Source: Macrostomum lignano (taxonomy: Eukaryota). Taken from it: a DNA stretch of 64,000 nucleotides. Of the stretch, positions 1-20,953 are shown in pieces. The position numbers were made by a program, and so were the translations under genes. Where the stretch lies: NCBI GenBank assembly GCA_002269645.1, contig NIVC01003302.1, positions 1,632-65,631 of the forward strand, read 5' to 3'. Under the pieces are notes generated by a model. The model was not told the origin of the DNA and did no database searches. It worked only from the letters and a program-made list of their open reading frames with translations. How positions within the stretch are numbered: the stretch's first letter is position 1; every line of letters begins with the position of its first letter.

Positions 1-144
1 AGTCTTCGGTTAGATATGAATGAAAATTCTGCTGAATTCGGACATTAGTTATTACAGGGTCGAATTTAAATAGCAAATAGCAAAATAGCCAGTTCTCCAT
101 GGCAGCGGCCTGAGCTCTGGCTGGCGTTGTGCGGGCAGGTTGCG

Positions 145-10530
<10,386 letters not shown>

Positions 10531-11139
10531 GGCGTCGGTCCAAATTAGCAGTTCGCGCGGCCTCAATCAATTCTTGCTTATCTTCTTCCGCCGCCGCAAT
10601 TAGCGAGCCGGAGGCAGGCAGTGGCCGGCCCTGCCAGTTGCTGGCTGTTTTTGAGCCTCCCTGCTCAGCCCCCCATTGGCTGCAGGCGGGGAGGCGCGCC
10701 GGAGACGAGAGCCGCAGTAGAGACGGGGGGAGAAGAAGCAGCAAGATATCGGCTGAGGGAAGTTGTCCCACCCTCTTCTTTGCCTGGAGTTTTAGCGCGC
10801 TTTTCCCGTACTCTCGAGTCTTCCCTTGCTGTCTTCCCGCAGCCGCGGCCGTCTTGTTTGTCTCTCCCGCCCTCCGGCGCTGCCGCGGGAAGCATAAGGC
10901 TGAGCCTGCTGTTTTCGATCCTGAGCTGTCATTCAAAATTCAGCGGCTCGGGGATATTTTACCCTTTCTTTAGGGGATGCATTTCAGCCCCACCTCTCTG
11001 CCGAACTCAGAGCTGATCGAGAAAGTCGTTAGGGATCTGTTTGTTACCTGAGCCGGGCAGGTCGATTTCTGTACTGAGAATTATCATGAGAATGATAATT
11101 ATCCACTAATATAGATGAACCCCTTCTCATGTTGATTTT

Positions 11140-11835
11140 ATGGGTGACAGTCATTGTCAAGCTGAGGTGATGGGTGACAGTCATTGTCAAGCTGAGGTGA
11201 TGAGTGACAGTCATTGTCAAGCTGAGGTGATGGGTGACAGTCATTGTCAGGCTGAGGTGATGAGTGACAGTCATTGTCACGCTGAGGTGATGAGTGACAG
11301 TCATTGTCAAGCTGAGGTGATGAGTGACAGTCATTGTCAAGCTGAGGTGATGAGTGACAGTTATTGTCAAGCTGAGGTGATGAGTGACAGTCATTGTCAG
11401 GCTGAGGTGATGAGTGACAGTCATTGTCAAGCTGAGGTGATGGGTGACAGTCATTGTCAAACTGAGGTGATGAGTGACAGTCATTGTCACGCTGAGGTGA
11501 TGAGTGACAGTCAATGTCACGCTGAGGTGATGAGTGACAGTCATTGTCAAGCTAAGGTGACGAGTGACAGTCATTGTCAAGCTGAGGTGATGAGTGACAG
11601 TCATTGTCAAGCTAAGGTGACGAGTGACAGTCATTGTCAAGCTGAGGTGATGGTGATGAGTGACAGTCATTGTCAAGCTGAGGTGATGAGTGACAGTCAT
11701 TGTCAAGCTGAGGTGATGAGTGACAGTCATTGTCAAGCTGAGGTGATGGTGATGAGTGACAGTCATTGTCAAGCTGAGGTGATGAGTGACAGTCATTGTC
11801 AAACTGAGGTGATGAGTGACAGTCATTGTCAAGCT
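11140..11835. repeat. 30-bp minisatellite (GCTGAGGTGATGAGTGACAGTCATTGTCAA)
   Basis: About 23 near-identical copies. Confidence 0.95.
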
Positions 11836-11916
11836 AAGGAATATGCTCGTATTAAAAATAAGGTATTTAATATTCGAATGAGGAAATGAGGAATTCGAAG
11901 AGCATTCGTCAATCAA

Positions 11917-13642
11917 TCAAGCTGCTGCCTCACCTTGGCAGGTGTAGTTGGCGAACAGGTACTTGTAGTTGCCAGGGCACGGGTCGCCGCCGAAGTTGTC
12001 GTTGCTGGCCACGAAGCTGCAGCTCTGCCGAGCGTCGCACTGCGCCCGCACGAAGCTCAGGGAGTTCGGGCTCCAGCAGTTGTTCCTGCTGCTGGTTGTC
12101 CTGGTGCAGGCCGTGCTGAACTCGTCCGACTTGCCGTACATGGCGAACTCCGTCTGGATGGCGCCCGCCGGGCAGCTCAGCTCAGCCGCTGACCTCTCGC
12201 ACACCAGCAGGGACTGCACAGCGGCCACTGCGGGACGAGTTCGGGCATCTCTGCTGACACTTCTACTGACATTTCTACGGGCATTTCTACTGACATGTCT
12301 ACTGACATTTCTACTGACATTTCTACTGACATTTCCACTGACATTTCCACTGACATTTCTACTGAAATTTCTACTGATATATCTACTGACATTTCTACTG
12401 ACATTTCTACTGACATTTCTACTGACATTTCTACTGACATTTCTACTGACATTTCTATTGACATTTCTACTGACATGTCTACTGACACTTCTACTGACAC
12501 TTCCACTGACATTTATACTGACACTTATACTGACAATTCTACTGACATTTCTACTGACATTTCTACTGACAAACTAGTAGTGCGGTAGGGATATGCGCGG
12601 AGACGGTTTTAATGGATGCAGTTTGGTTCAGCTAATCGAAGGAGCCCTAGAAACAGAGCCTGGGGCAGAAGACCTGAACGATCTGCGGGATGCTGCCATC
12701 AAAACACCTCTTGCGACAGATGAAGAGGCGAGTGTTTGGTTTAATTACAGAGGCTGAAATTCCTGCCTGCCCAGTGACAAGGACACCGTGAACTTGATGG
12801 CCACTCCAAAACTATTTGGCCCGATACGAGGGTCGATCGCGAAATTTGCATGCCATCATTTCTGGACACGGCTCAGACCAAATAAATGCATTAAAACAGA
12901 TGAAAGTTCAGTAATTAGAAAAATTTCTGCTACAAGTTGAGGCAGCTTCTCGGTGCTAAAATTGCTTTCGGCTTTCATGCATGGCTGTTTCTATCTGCTT
13001 TTTGCTGTTGCATCTGCTTTCCCTGCTGTTCCCTCCCTGCTGTTCCGTCCCGCTGTTCCCTCCCGCTGTTCCCTCCCGCTGTTCCCTCCCGCTGTTCCCT
13101 CCCGCTGTTCCCTCCCGCTGTTCCCTCCCACTGTTCCCTCCCGCTGTTCCCTCCCGCTGTTCCCTCCCGCTGTTCCCTCCCGCTGTTCCCTCCCGCTGTT
13201 CCCTCCCACTGTTCCCTCCCGCTGTTCCCTCCCGCTGTTCCCTCCCGCTGTTCCCTCCCGCTGTTCCCTCCCGCTGTTCCCTCCCGCTGTTCCCTCCCGC
13301 TGTTCCCTCCCGCTGTTCCCTCCCGCTGTTCCCTCCCGCTGTTCCCTCCCGCTGTTCCCTCCCGCTGTTCCCTCCCGCTGTTCCCTCCCGCTGTTCCCTC
13401 CCGCTGTTCCCTCCCACTGTTCCCTCCCGCTGTTCCCTCCCGCTGTTCCCTCCCGCTGTTCCCTCCCGCTGTTCCCTCCCGCTGTTCCCTCCCGCTGTTC
13501 CCTCCCGCTGTTCCCTCCCGCTGTTCCCTACCGCTGCTCCAGCCCTTCGCATGAGCTCACCTTCAGTCTGTCCTCCGAAGAAACTGGCGAAGAACAGTAT
13601 GGCTGCTGCCACTTCAGTGCTCAGATGTTTCTTAGCTGGCAT
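11917..13642 (-). CDS. Secreted SUEL / rhamnose-binding (Gal_Lectin) lectin, single domain
   Basis: Exon 1 (13642-13561) encodes a signal-peptide-like MPAKKHLSTEVAAAILFFASFFGGQTE with a phase-1 GTGAGC donor. Exon 2 starts at 12227 and encodes VCE...SCP...AMYGK...DPCPGNYKYL...YTC with 8 Cys. It ends either at TGA 11919-11917 (ATTAAA follows at ~11870) or splices at a GTGAGG donor at 11933. Confidence 0.85.
12250..12570. repeat. 12-bp minisatellite (ACTGACATTTCT) in the lectin intron
   Basis: Direct inspection. Confidence 0.95.
13020..13530. repeat. 13-bp minisatellite (CTGTTCCCTCCCG) in the lectin intron
   Basis: Direct inspection. Confidence 0.95.
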
Positions 13643-13844
13643 GGCTTCTGCTTAATAGCTGGTATATCATTCAGTGCAACTCTGACCCTTACAGAAGGCT
13701 TCTGTTGGAGTTTTATTGCGTAGTTTATTATCCCAAAGGACGGATAGAACTCTCATTGAATTAACTCTACCCAATGCCAACTGCGACTGTGGTCACCAGC
13801 AATTTGATTGGCTCATTGCTTGCTGTGCCAGAAGCTGGCTGAGC

Positions 13845-14140
13845 TAAACTGAACTAAACTGAAATTAACTAAACTAAACTGAACACACGAAGACGCAAGA
13901 AGACATAAAAACACAAGTAGGTACAAAGAGACACAAGAAGACACAAGAAGACAAGAAGACACAAGAAGGCACAAAGAGACACAAAGAGACACAAAGAGAC
14001 ACAACAAGAGACAAGAAGACACAAGAAGACACAAAAAGGTACAAGAAGGCACAAGAAGACACAAGATAAAAGAAGAAGACACAATAAGACATACGAAGAC
14101 ACAAAAAGACACAACAAGAGACAAGAAGACACAAGAAGAC
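13845..14140. repeat. Low-complexity AACT/AAGAC-rich repeat
   Basis: Direct inspection. Confidence 0.8.
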
Positions 14141-14701
14141 AGAAATTCGAACGTGCGAGGCCGCAGGTAAGGCCCCAGCTCAGTGGTTAGGACCAGTTGA
14201 AATCAAAATTCAGAAGTCACGGCTGATGGCGCAGATGCAGATGCTCTCAATTGAAAAAATAGGCTGTACCAAAAGTTCGTTTCACACCCAACTGCGCGGC
14301 ACTCAGATGGATTCAATGACCGCATGTTGCTACTGAATACAAGTAGTGCAGGTTGACTATTAATTTGGCAAGGATGTCCCTGGCAGCCAGTCAGATCGCA
14401 GCGATTGCTGATACAAAAAAGCAATCCGGAAGCTCCGCGGCCCTCGCTGGGACAGCGGAAAGGCCAGCATGCCGGAGGGAAGCAAACTGCCAGCTGCTGC
14501 TCCTGGCTGTCTCTGCCCCCTGTTGCTGCTGCACGGCAGTGAGAGGTGACACGGAGTCTCCCGCATCTTGCCGGAGCCAACAGATGAGCGCATTGCATGA
14601 ATACTTAACTGTTGCATTGGAGACTTCTTCTAGGAGGAAATGTACTGCAGCCTAGGGAAATAGGAAAGCACACAAATATTGCCAAGTCTGGTGTGTTCCT
14701 T

Positions 14702-14830
14702 GGATGCGGGATCCGTGATGCGGGATCCGGGATGCGGGATCCGGGATGCGGGATCCGGGATGCGGGATCCGGGATCCGGGATCCGGGATGCGGGATCCGG
14801 GATCCGGGATGCGGGATCCGGGAGGCGGGA
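14702..14830. repeat. GATGCGGGATCCGG-type minisatellite
   Basis: Direct inspection. Confidence 0.9.
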
Positions 14831-16060
14831 TCATCCCCCAAGCCTGGGCGCCCCTTTAGTCTACATCTCATCACGAGTCAGGATTGAGCAAAGAAGGCCG
14901 TCACTCAACTAAGAGAACACAGGAGCCGACTGCAAATTGGCTGCTACAATCAAAAGAAGATGCATTGCAATTGTTTTAGCAACTGCAGCCGCAGCCGCAG
15001 CGTAACAGCGGGTTGTAAGGAAGTTTTTCCAGACGCAGTGCAAAATTTTTGAAGGGCAGTGGCCAAAAATTAATAATTCAGGTCAGCTGCAGAATTGGTG
15101 CACCAGCAACTTCGCTTCCGCTGACGAATGTCTCACTAGGAGTAAATCTGCAGTTTTTACACAATACCGCACGAGTACCGCACGAGACCCGCACGAGTCC
15201 CTGAGCCAATGCCGCTCGCTGCCGTGCGGAACCACGTAGCTCGTAGGAATGAACTCGAATTGGGCTCAGGGCAAGGCTATCTTGTCAAAGCCATCAAAGG
15301 CCTCGCAATGCCCCCTGCAGCACCCCAAGCGGAGGATTCCATGCTGTGAGATGCGGACGCCTAGCAAAGTCTCTGACTACTTCTCACAGAGAGGGTTAAG
15401 CAGATAAACTTAACCGCTAAAGGGTGCTAAAACTTTATTAGCAAGTGCATTTTGTGCCTTCAAGCATTCCAGAGGTCGCCCATGGAATGCAGGTTGGCTG
15501 AAATCAGGTGAATTGACGAGTCCTCAACAGGGGATTGTGATCAGCTTAGCTAGCATCTAAGCTTAGGGCAGAGTGGCAGACCCGGTAGTCTACATGTAGT
15601 GATAGTGGCACTGCCCTTCTCTTTGTAGTTGGATCGTCTCTGAAGCAGCAAGGCAGAAACACATGGAATATGAGGGACGCAGTTGAACCAGACGCAATCT
15701 GTCCTAAGCAGCGGTGGCTTCGTATTTATAGATACCGAAGCACCGCGTTTAGAAAGAGGGAGGTGCTAGACTGGCAAAAGAGCTGAAGGTCAATGAAACA
15801 ATGCGACACAATGAAACATGATAATGCAGGGGGACGCAGTGATTAAGGCGAGGTACAGAGCAAAGGCAGCTTTTTGCTCAGAGATGCAGAGCAGTTTTGA
15901 TCAGCAAAAACATTTCTAGCAAACTTCGGAGGAACTGTGAAATTTCCAATCAAATTTGCAACTACAACAAGCAAAGTAGAGAGAATTGAGCATTGAGAAG
16001 GCTGAGGAAGCAAAACTCAAGACAGACAAGATTTGATAGTTTGGCTTTTTCTCGAGGCAG

Positions 16061-16408
16061 TCAGGGAGTCAAAAGAACCAACCACCTGCCGTACGCGACC
16101 ACCTCGCACAGGGTCAGAGCATCCAGGCTTTTATGCAGGTCCACCTGCACCGTCCAGCCCACCCGGCCGCAGCTGAAGTTCTTCGCAGAGAAGCTGCTCG
16201 GCTCGAAGTAGGACGCGAACTCTGAGAGCAGCAGTCTACCCGGTTGTACAGGGCCACGCGGTCGATGTACGCCCGCTGCGGCAGGCTGGCCCGCCACCAG
16301 CTGTTGGTATTGGGGCTGGTGTGAGTGCAGTAGCCGCTGAAGAAGTTCTGGTTGGCAACGCCGTCCATGGCCCTGCCGCAAGGTGGGGTCAGTGTTGATT
16401 CTGCTTCT
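16061..16408 (-). pseudogene. F-type (fucose-binding) lectin domain exon disrupted by a 37-bp frameshifting deletion
   Basis: Reads PCGRAMDG...YCTHTSPNTNSWWRASLPQRAYIDRVALYNRVDCCSQ, then shifts frame into EFASYFEPSSFS...LTLCEVVAYG. Comparison with the plus-strand paralogue shows 37 nt missing between CAGAG and TTCGCG. A putative first exon lies at ~16600-16810 but could not be resolved. Confidence 0.75.
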
Positions 16409-17119
16409 AAAGAAAATAAATTATTTTATTAAAAATATTTTTGTCAAACTTCATATTTACTAATTTCAGACATCTTATTGTTCCCTGTTTAAGCCGTGAA
16501 ATTTCTCCAATTGGAGACTTTAAAAAACAAGAGGAATCTACATTATTTGGGTAGCTGATGAAACATGAAACCCTTGCCTGCTGTAATCCGCCTCCTTCAC
16601 CAGCAGGCCGTCGGGGCGGTCGGCGCCCAGGCCCAGCCAGCTGCCGTAGTACAGCTCCCAGTCGGCCTAACAGCACAGCAGCGCACCAGCTGTGGAAGTC
16701 CACTCCCGGAGCGCAAGTTGCGGGTCGCAAGAAGCTGAGGCTGCCAGCCGCCCAGTCCCACAGAGGCAGCCGCAGCGGCCGTCAGAAGAAGATCCACCGG
16801 AGAGGCCCGCATTCTTCCCTTTATTTCATCAAAGCCTCTGGCTTCCCCCATCGCCAACTCCTTAAATCAGTTTACAGTCGCCCGCTTAGCCGCGTGAGCG
16901 GCAGCAAAAATAGCTTGTCGCAATCAATTCAGCTACTTCCAAGTCCGTCGCAAGTAGTATGAGAAAAGCCGCGTGGAGTGGATTGTCAGCTACAGTCGCA
17001 AATCATTTTTGGGATAGTATTTTGAGCGAGTCCCTTTCTAAATGGAAGATCGCAGCTACCAGGTGGAGGCTCAGCATTATTTAAGCAGCGCACAGCAGTG
17101 CCAAGTATTCTGCACCAAA

Positions 17120-17986
17120 ATGCTGGTAGTGAGGGGCAGGCAGCAGCTGCTGCTTTGGGTGCTTCTGGCCGCCGCTGCGAGCTCATCTGCTGGCAGTGGA
17201 AGCGGCAGCCACCGCCGACTACCCCAGCAGCCTGTTCGCAAAGGAGTCGGGTGAGTCTCTCGCACCTGTGCTTTCATTGCCGAGCTCAAAGCTCTGATTG
17301 GACTCACGCCTTTCATTGCCGAGCTCAAAGCTCTGACTGGACTCACGCCTTTCATTGCCGAGCTCAAAGCTCTGACTGGACTCACGCCTTTCATTGCCGA
17401 GCTCAAAGCTCTGACTGGACTCACGCCTTTAATTGCCGAGCTCAAAGCTCTGACTGGACTCACGCCTTTAATTGCCGAGCTCAAAGCTCTGACTGGACTC
17501 ACGCCTTTAATTGCCGAGCTCAAAGCTCTGACTGGACTCACGCCTTTAATTGCCGAGATCAAAGCTCTGACTGGACTCACGCAAACAACTCATGCAGTGG
17601 AGGAGCGGCTGCTGTTCTCCAGCTGCCAGCAGGTCGACACCGGCTTTGGCGGCCCGTGCGGCCTGGCCATCGACGGCAGCACCAACCAGCACTTCTCTGC
17701 CGGCTCCTGCACCCACACGAGCTCCGCCAGGAACGCCTGGTGGCGGGCCAGCCTGCCGCAGCGGGCGTACATCGACCGCGTGGCCCTGTACAACCGGGTA
17801 GACTGCTGCTCTCAGAGGCTCAACAACTTCATCATCAGCCTCAATGGCGTCGAGTTCGCGTCCTACTTCGAGCCGAGCAGCTTCTCTGTGAAGAAGTTCA
17901 GCTGCGGCCGGGTGGACCGGACGGTGCAGGTGGACCTGCCGATCGAAGTCCTGACCCTGTGCGAGGTGGTCGTGTACGGCAGCTAG
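17120..17986 (+). CDS. Secreted F-type lectin (fucolectin / F5/8 type C-like), ~164 aa
   Basis: Exons 17120-17250 (signal-peptide-like MLVVRGRQQLLLWVLLAAAASSSA, phase-2 GTGAGT donor) and 17623-17986 (TTCTCCAG acceptor). Contains the Ca-binding AIDG motif and an exact fucose-binding signature H-X26-R-X-D-X4-R (CTHT...NRVDCCSQR), and ends LTLCEVVVYGS*. Confidence 0.85.
17270..17580. repeat. 39-bp minisatellite, ~8 copies, in the F-type lectin intron
   Basis: Unit GCCTTTCATTGCCGAGCTCAAAGCTCTGACTGGACTCAC. Confidence 0.95.
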
Positions 17987-18479
17987 ATTTTCTGATGCCC
18001 CTGGAATTCATCCGTTGAGCAGCCGTGCAGCAGCTCCTCCTGAGCGCTCGATTTCTTTAATTTTGATGCACTTTTGCAAGCTTTTCAGCAAGTCGCTACC
18101 GACTGCCTGCCTCGGAAAACTGCGATCCGTATGGAATTTTCAAAGAGCATACTGTCCTTTGGTGATGCCCCGTTTCTAAACAAACTTGTAGCAATTCAGA
18201 AGCTGTCTTCAATATTTGTCATATCTGAGGCCTGTTGACAAAGGTGCAGAGAGAACTGAGTGATGGGAACCTATGAGATTATTTCCCACGGGGCAGCTGC
18301 AGCATGAGAATGACGGGATGGATTTGACAGGGGCTCATTGAAGCGAAAATTTCTCAGGCACATCTGGCAGATATTGACAGATTTTAACAAAAAATTCACA
18401 TTGTTACTGGAATTCTGGCAGGGAGAACCGGCCGTGTTTGAAGGGCTGCAAGAGTTACAGTCAGAGCATCACCAAAGTT

Positions 18480-19400
18480 GGGACTGAGTAGTCAGTGTAC
18501 TGAGTAGTTATTTTACTGAGTAGTTAGTGTACTGAGTAGTTATTTTACTGAGTAGTTAGTGTACTGAGTAGTTATTTTACTGAGTAGTCAGTGTACTGAG
18601 TAGTTATTTTACTGAGTAGTCAGTGTACTGAGTAGTTATTTTACTGAGTAGTCAGTGTACTGAGTAGTTATTTTACTGAGTAGTCAGTGTACTGAGTAGT
18701 TATTTTACTGAGTAGTCAGTGTACTGAGTAGTTATTTTACTGAGTAGTCAGTGTACTGAGTAGTTATTTTACTGAGTAGTCAGTGTACTGAGTAGTTATT
18801 TTACTGAGTAGTCAGTGTACTGAGTAGTTATTTTACTGAGTAGTCAGTGTACTGAGTAGTTATTTTACTGAGTAGTTAGTGTACTGAGTAGTCAGTGTAC
18901 TGAGTAGTTATTGTACTGAGTAGTTAGTGTACTGAGTAGTCAGTGTACTGAGTAGTTAGTGTACTGAGTAGTCAGTGTACTGAGTAGTCAGTGTACTGAG
19001 TAGTTATTTTACTGAGTAGTTAGTGTACTGAGTAGTCAGTGTACTGAGTAGTTAGTGTACTGAGTAGTCAGTGTACTGAGTAGTTAGTGTACTGAGTAGT
19101 CAGTGTACTGAGTAGTTATTGTACTGAGTAGTCAGTGTACTGAGTAGTTATTTTACTGAGTAGTTAGTGTACTGAGTAGTTAGTGTACTGAGTAGTCAGT
19201 GTACTGAGTAGTTATTGTACTGAGTAGTTAGTGTATTGAGTAGTTAGTGTACTGAGTAGTTAGTGTACTGAGTAGTCAGTATACTGAGTAGTTATTTTAC
19301 TGAGTAGTTAGTGTATTGAGTAGTTAGTGTACTGAGTAGTTAGTGTACTGAGTAGTTAGTGTACTGAGTAGTCAGTGTACTGAGTAGTTATTTAACTAAG
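18480..19400. repeat. Intergenic minisatellite built on GTACTGAGTAGT units
   Basis: Direct inspection. Confidence 0.95.
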
Positions 19401-19796
19401 TAGTCAAACACGGGGAGAATTCAAAAATTGCCATTTATCTGGCCAGAAAAATCCAAAAATTTCGATGTTCAAAAGCCGCTGTTCCAGTCGCCAGTAGGTC
19501 GATGGGACAGCAGCACCAGGCGCCTTCTTCCTCACCTGCTCTCAACACGAGCTCCACCAATAGTACCAAGAGTTTAGAAAAACTGCAAGTTGCAAGTCAG
19601 TGTGAGAGATGCCTACACATTATTTCTAATGCAATGTAAAATAGCTCATGTATTTAAAAAATCTGTACTGCGTGAACGCGTGAAGGCACAGGAACAGCTG
19701 GTTTGTATTCAGAATGCGCTTGCTCTGAGTTCGCAGCAGCCAAGCAAATCCTTCCCTCTAAGGCCGGCAGGAAGTGCGGGCGGCATTTGAGCTCTG

Positions 19797-20738
19797 GGGC
19801 CCGTGCTATAGAATCAGGAGTTAGGAGTTAGGAGCTAGGACTCAAGAGTACTCTTGACAAGGAGTGATTGAATTTTGTGTGCTATAGATTTCAGGAGTTA
19901 AGAGTTAGGAGCTAGGAGTTCTTGCAAGGAGTGCAGCCTAGGAGTGGGGGTGTGTTCAAGGAGTGTTGCGCAATCGTTTAAGGATGATAGAGAATTGTGT
20001 GCTATATCACAATCCTAACTTTACGGTCCTTAAGGATTGAATCTCAGGAGTGAAAATGCAAATTGCTCAAAAAATATCATTTGTGAGAGCCGTCGCTGCA
20101 CGCAAAGAGGTTCTCTTTGGTGCGTTCAGTACAACCATAACTAAGAATGCGAAGATTGCTATGTGGCAAGACGTGATATTGGAATGTTGGAATTTGTTAG
20201 GACACACTGATGTTGGATGTTCGATTCTGTGTCGAATTCTATCTGTTAGGCTTGAAAGCTGGATATCGTTAAGTCTAAAACGCATAGCACTCTCGGCTGG
20301 ATCTTCTTCAAAAATATTAATTCTTGCCTTAAATTATCGACGGCGTCTATCATTGACTCCTTCCTCATCAGAATCCGATTCGCTGTCCGAAAACATTATA
20401 ATCCTGTCTAAGAGTGAAAATTGGCCCTTGAACTCTTGCTTAGGAGTCAAGAGTTAGGAGCGAAATTTTCTCATTCTATAGGACACACGCTCCTAGAATG
20501 ACTCCTAAAAGCCAGCTCCTAGCTCCTAGCTCCTAGACTTCCTCTCCTAATTCTATAGCATGCCACGGACCTTAATGAGTTCTCCTAAATTCACCCAGGA
20601 GTCTCCTAACGTCCTTAAGGAGCCTCCTAGCTCTTAAAATTTACTCTTGATTCTATAGCACAGAGAAGCCAGCTAGGAGCTAGGAGTTAGGACACTCTTA
20701 AGGATTTAGGAGTTAAGAGTATTCTATAGCACGGGCCC
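19797..20738. mobile_element. PIF/Harbinger-like DNA transposon, internally deleted
   Basis: Perfect 18-bp TIR GGGCCCGTGCTATAGAAT, a 3-bp CTG direct repeat on both sides, and subterminal TAGGAG arrays. Plus strand carries a Myb/SANT-like remnant (QKISFVRAVAARKEVLFGAFSTTITKNAKIAMWQDV, from 20056). Minus strand carries a transposase N-terminal remnant (from 20396: ...FKARINIFEED...RFRLNDIQLSSLTDRIRHRIEHPT). Confidence 0.85.
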
Positions 20739-20953
20739 CTGGACTGGCCCGCCTCTTGGTCTCACTGGGGACCCAACTGGTCTGAGAGATTCTTGTAGCT
20801 CTCGCTCTCCGCGAGTGCAGCGCTATGCTCTGTACAGTGCCGCACTGCCTGAACAAGTTGTGCAGGAAAAATCACAAAAATAACAAAATATCACAAGATT
20901 CTACTATTGAGGTCAGTTTTGGCAGCTTTCACGAACGAAGTTGGCGGCCGAAA

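Noticed and set aside
11047-11067. 21-nt phase-1 microexon that might join the SUEL lectin to the syt-like gene
   Set aside because: Splicing onward to the acceptor at ~10680 hits a stop, and no TM segment is available. The lectin can end at its own stop with ATTAAA.
11140-11835. Regular arrays as possible CRISPR loci
   Set aside because: There are no unique spacers, the context is eukaryotic, and no cas genes are present.
15595-15818. Possible solo LTR (TGT...ACA with internal TATAAATA on the minus strand)
   Set aside because: No TSD, PBS, PPT or second copy is visible.
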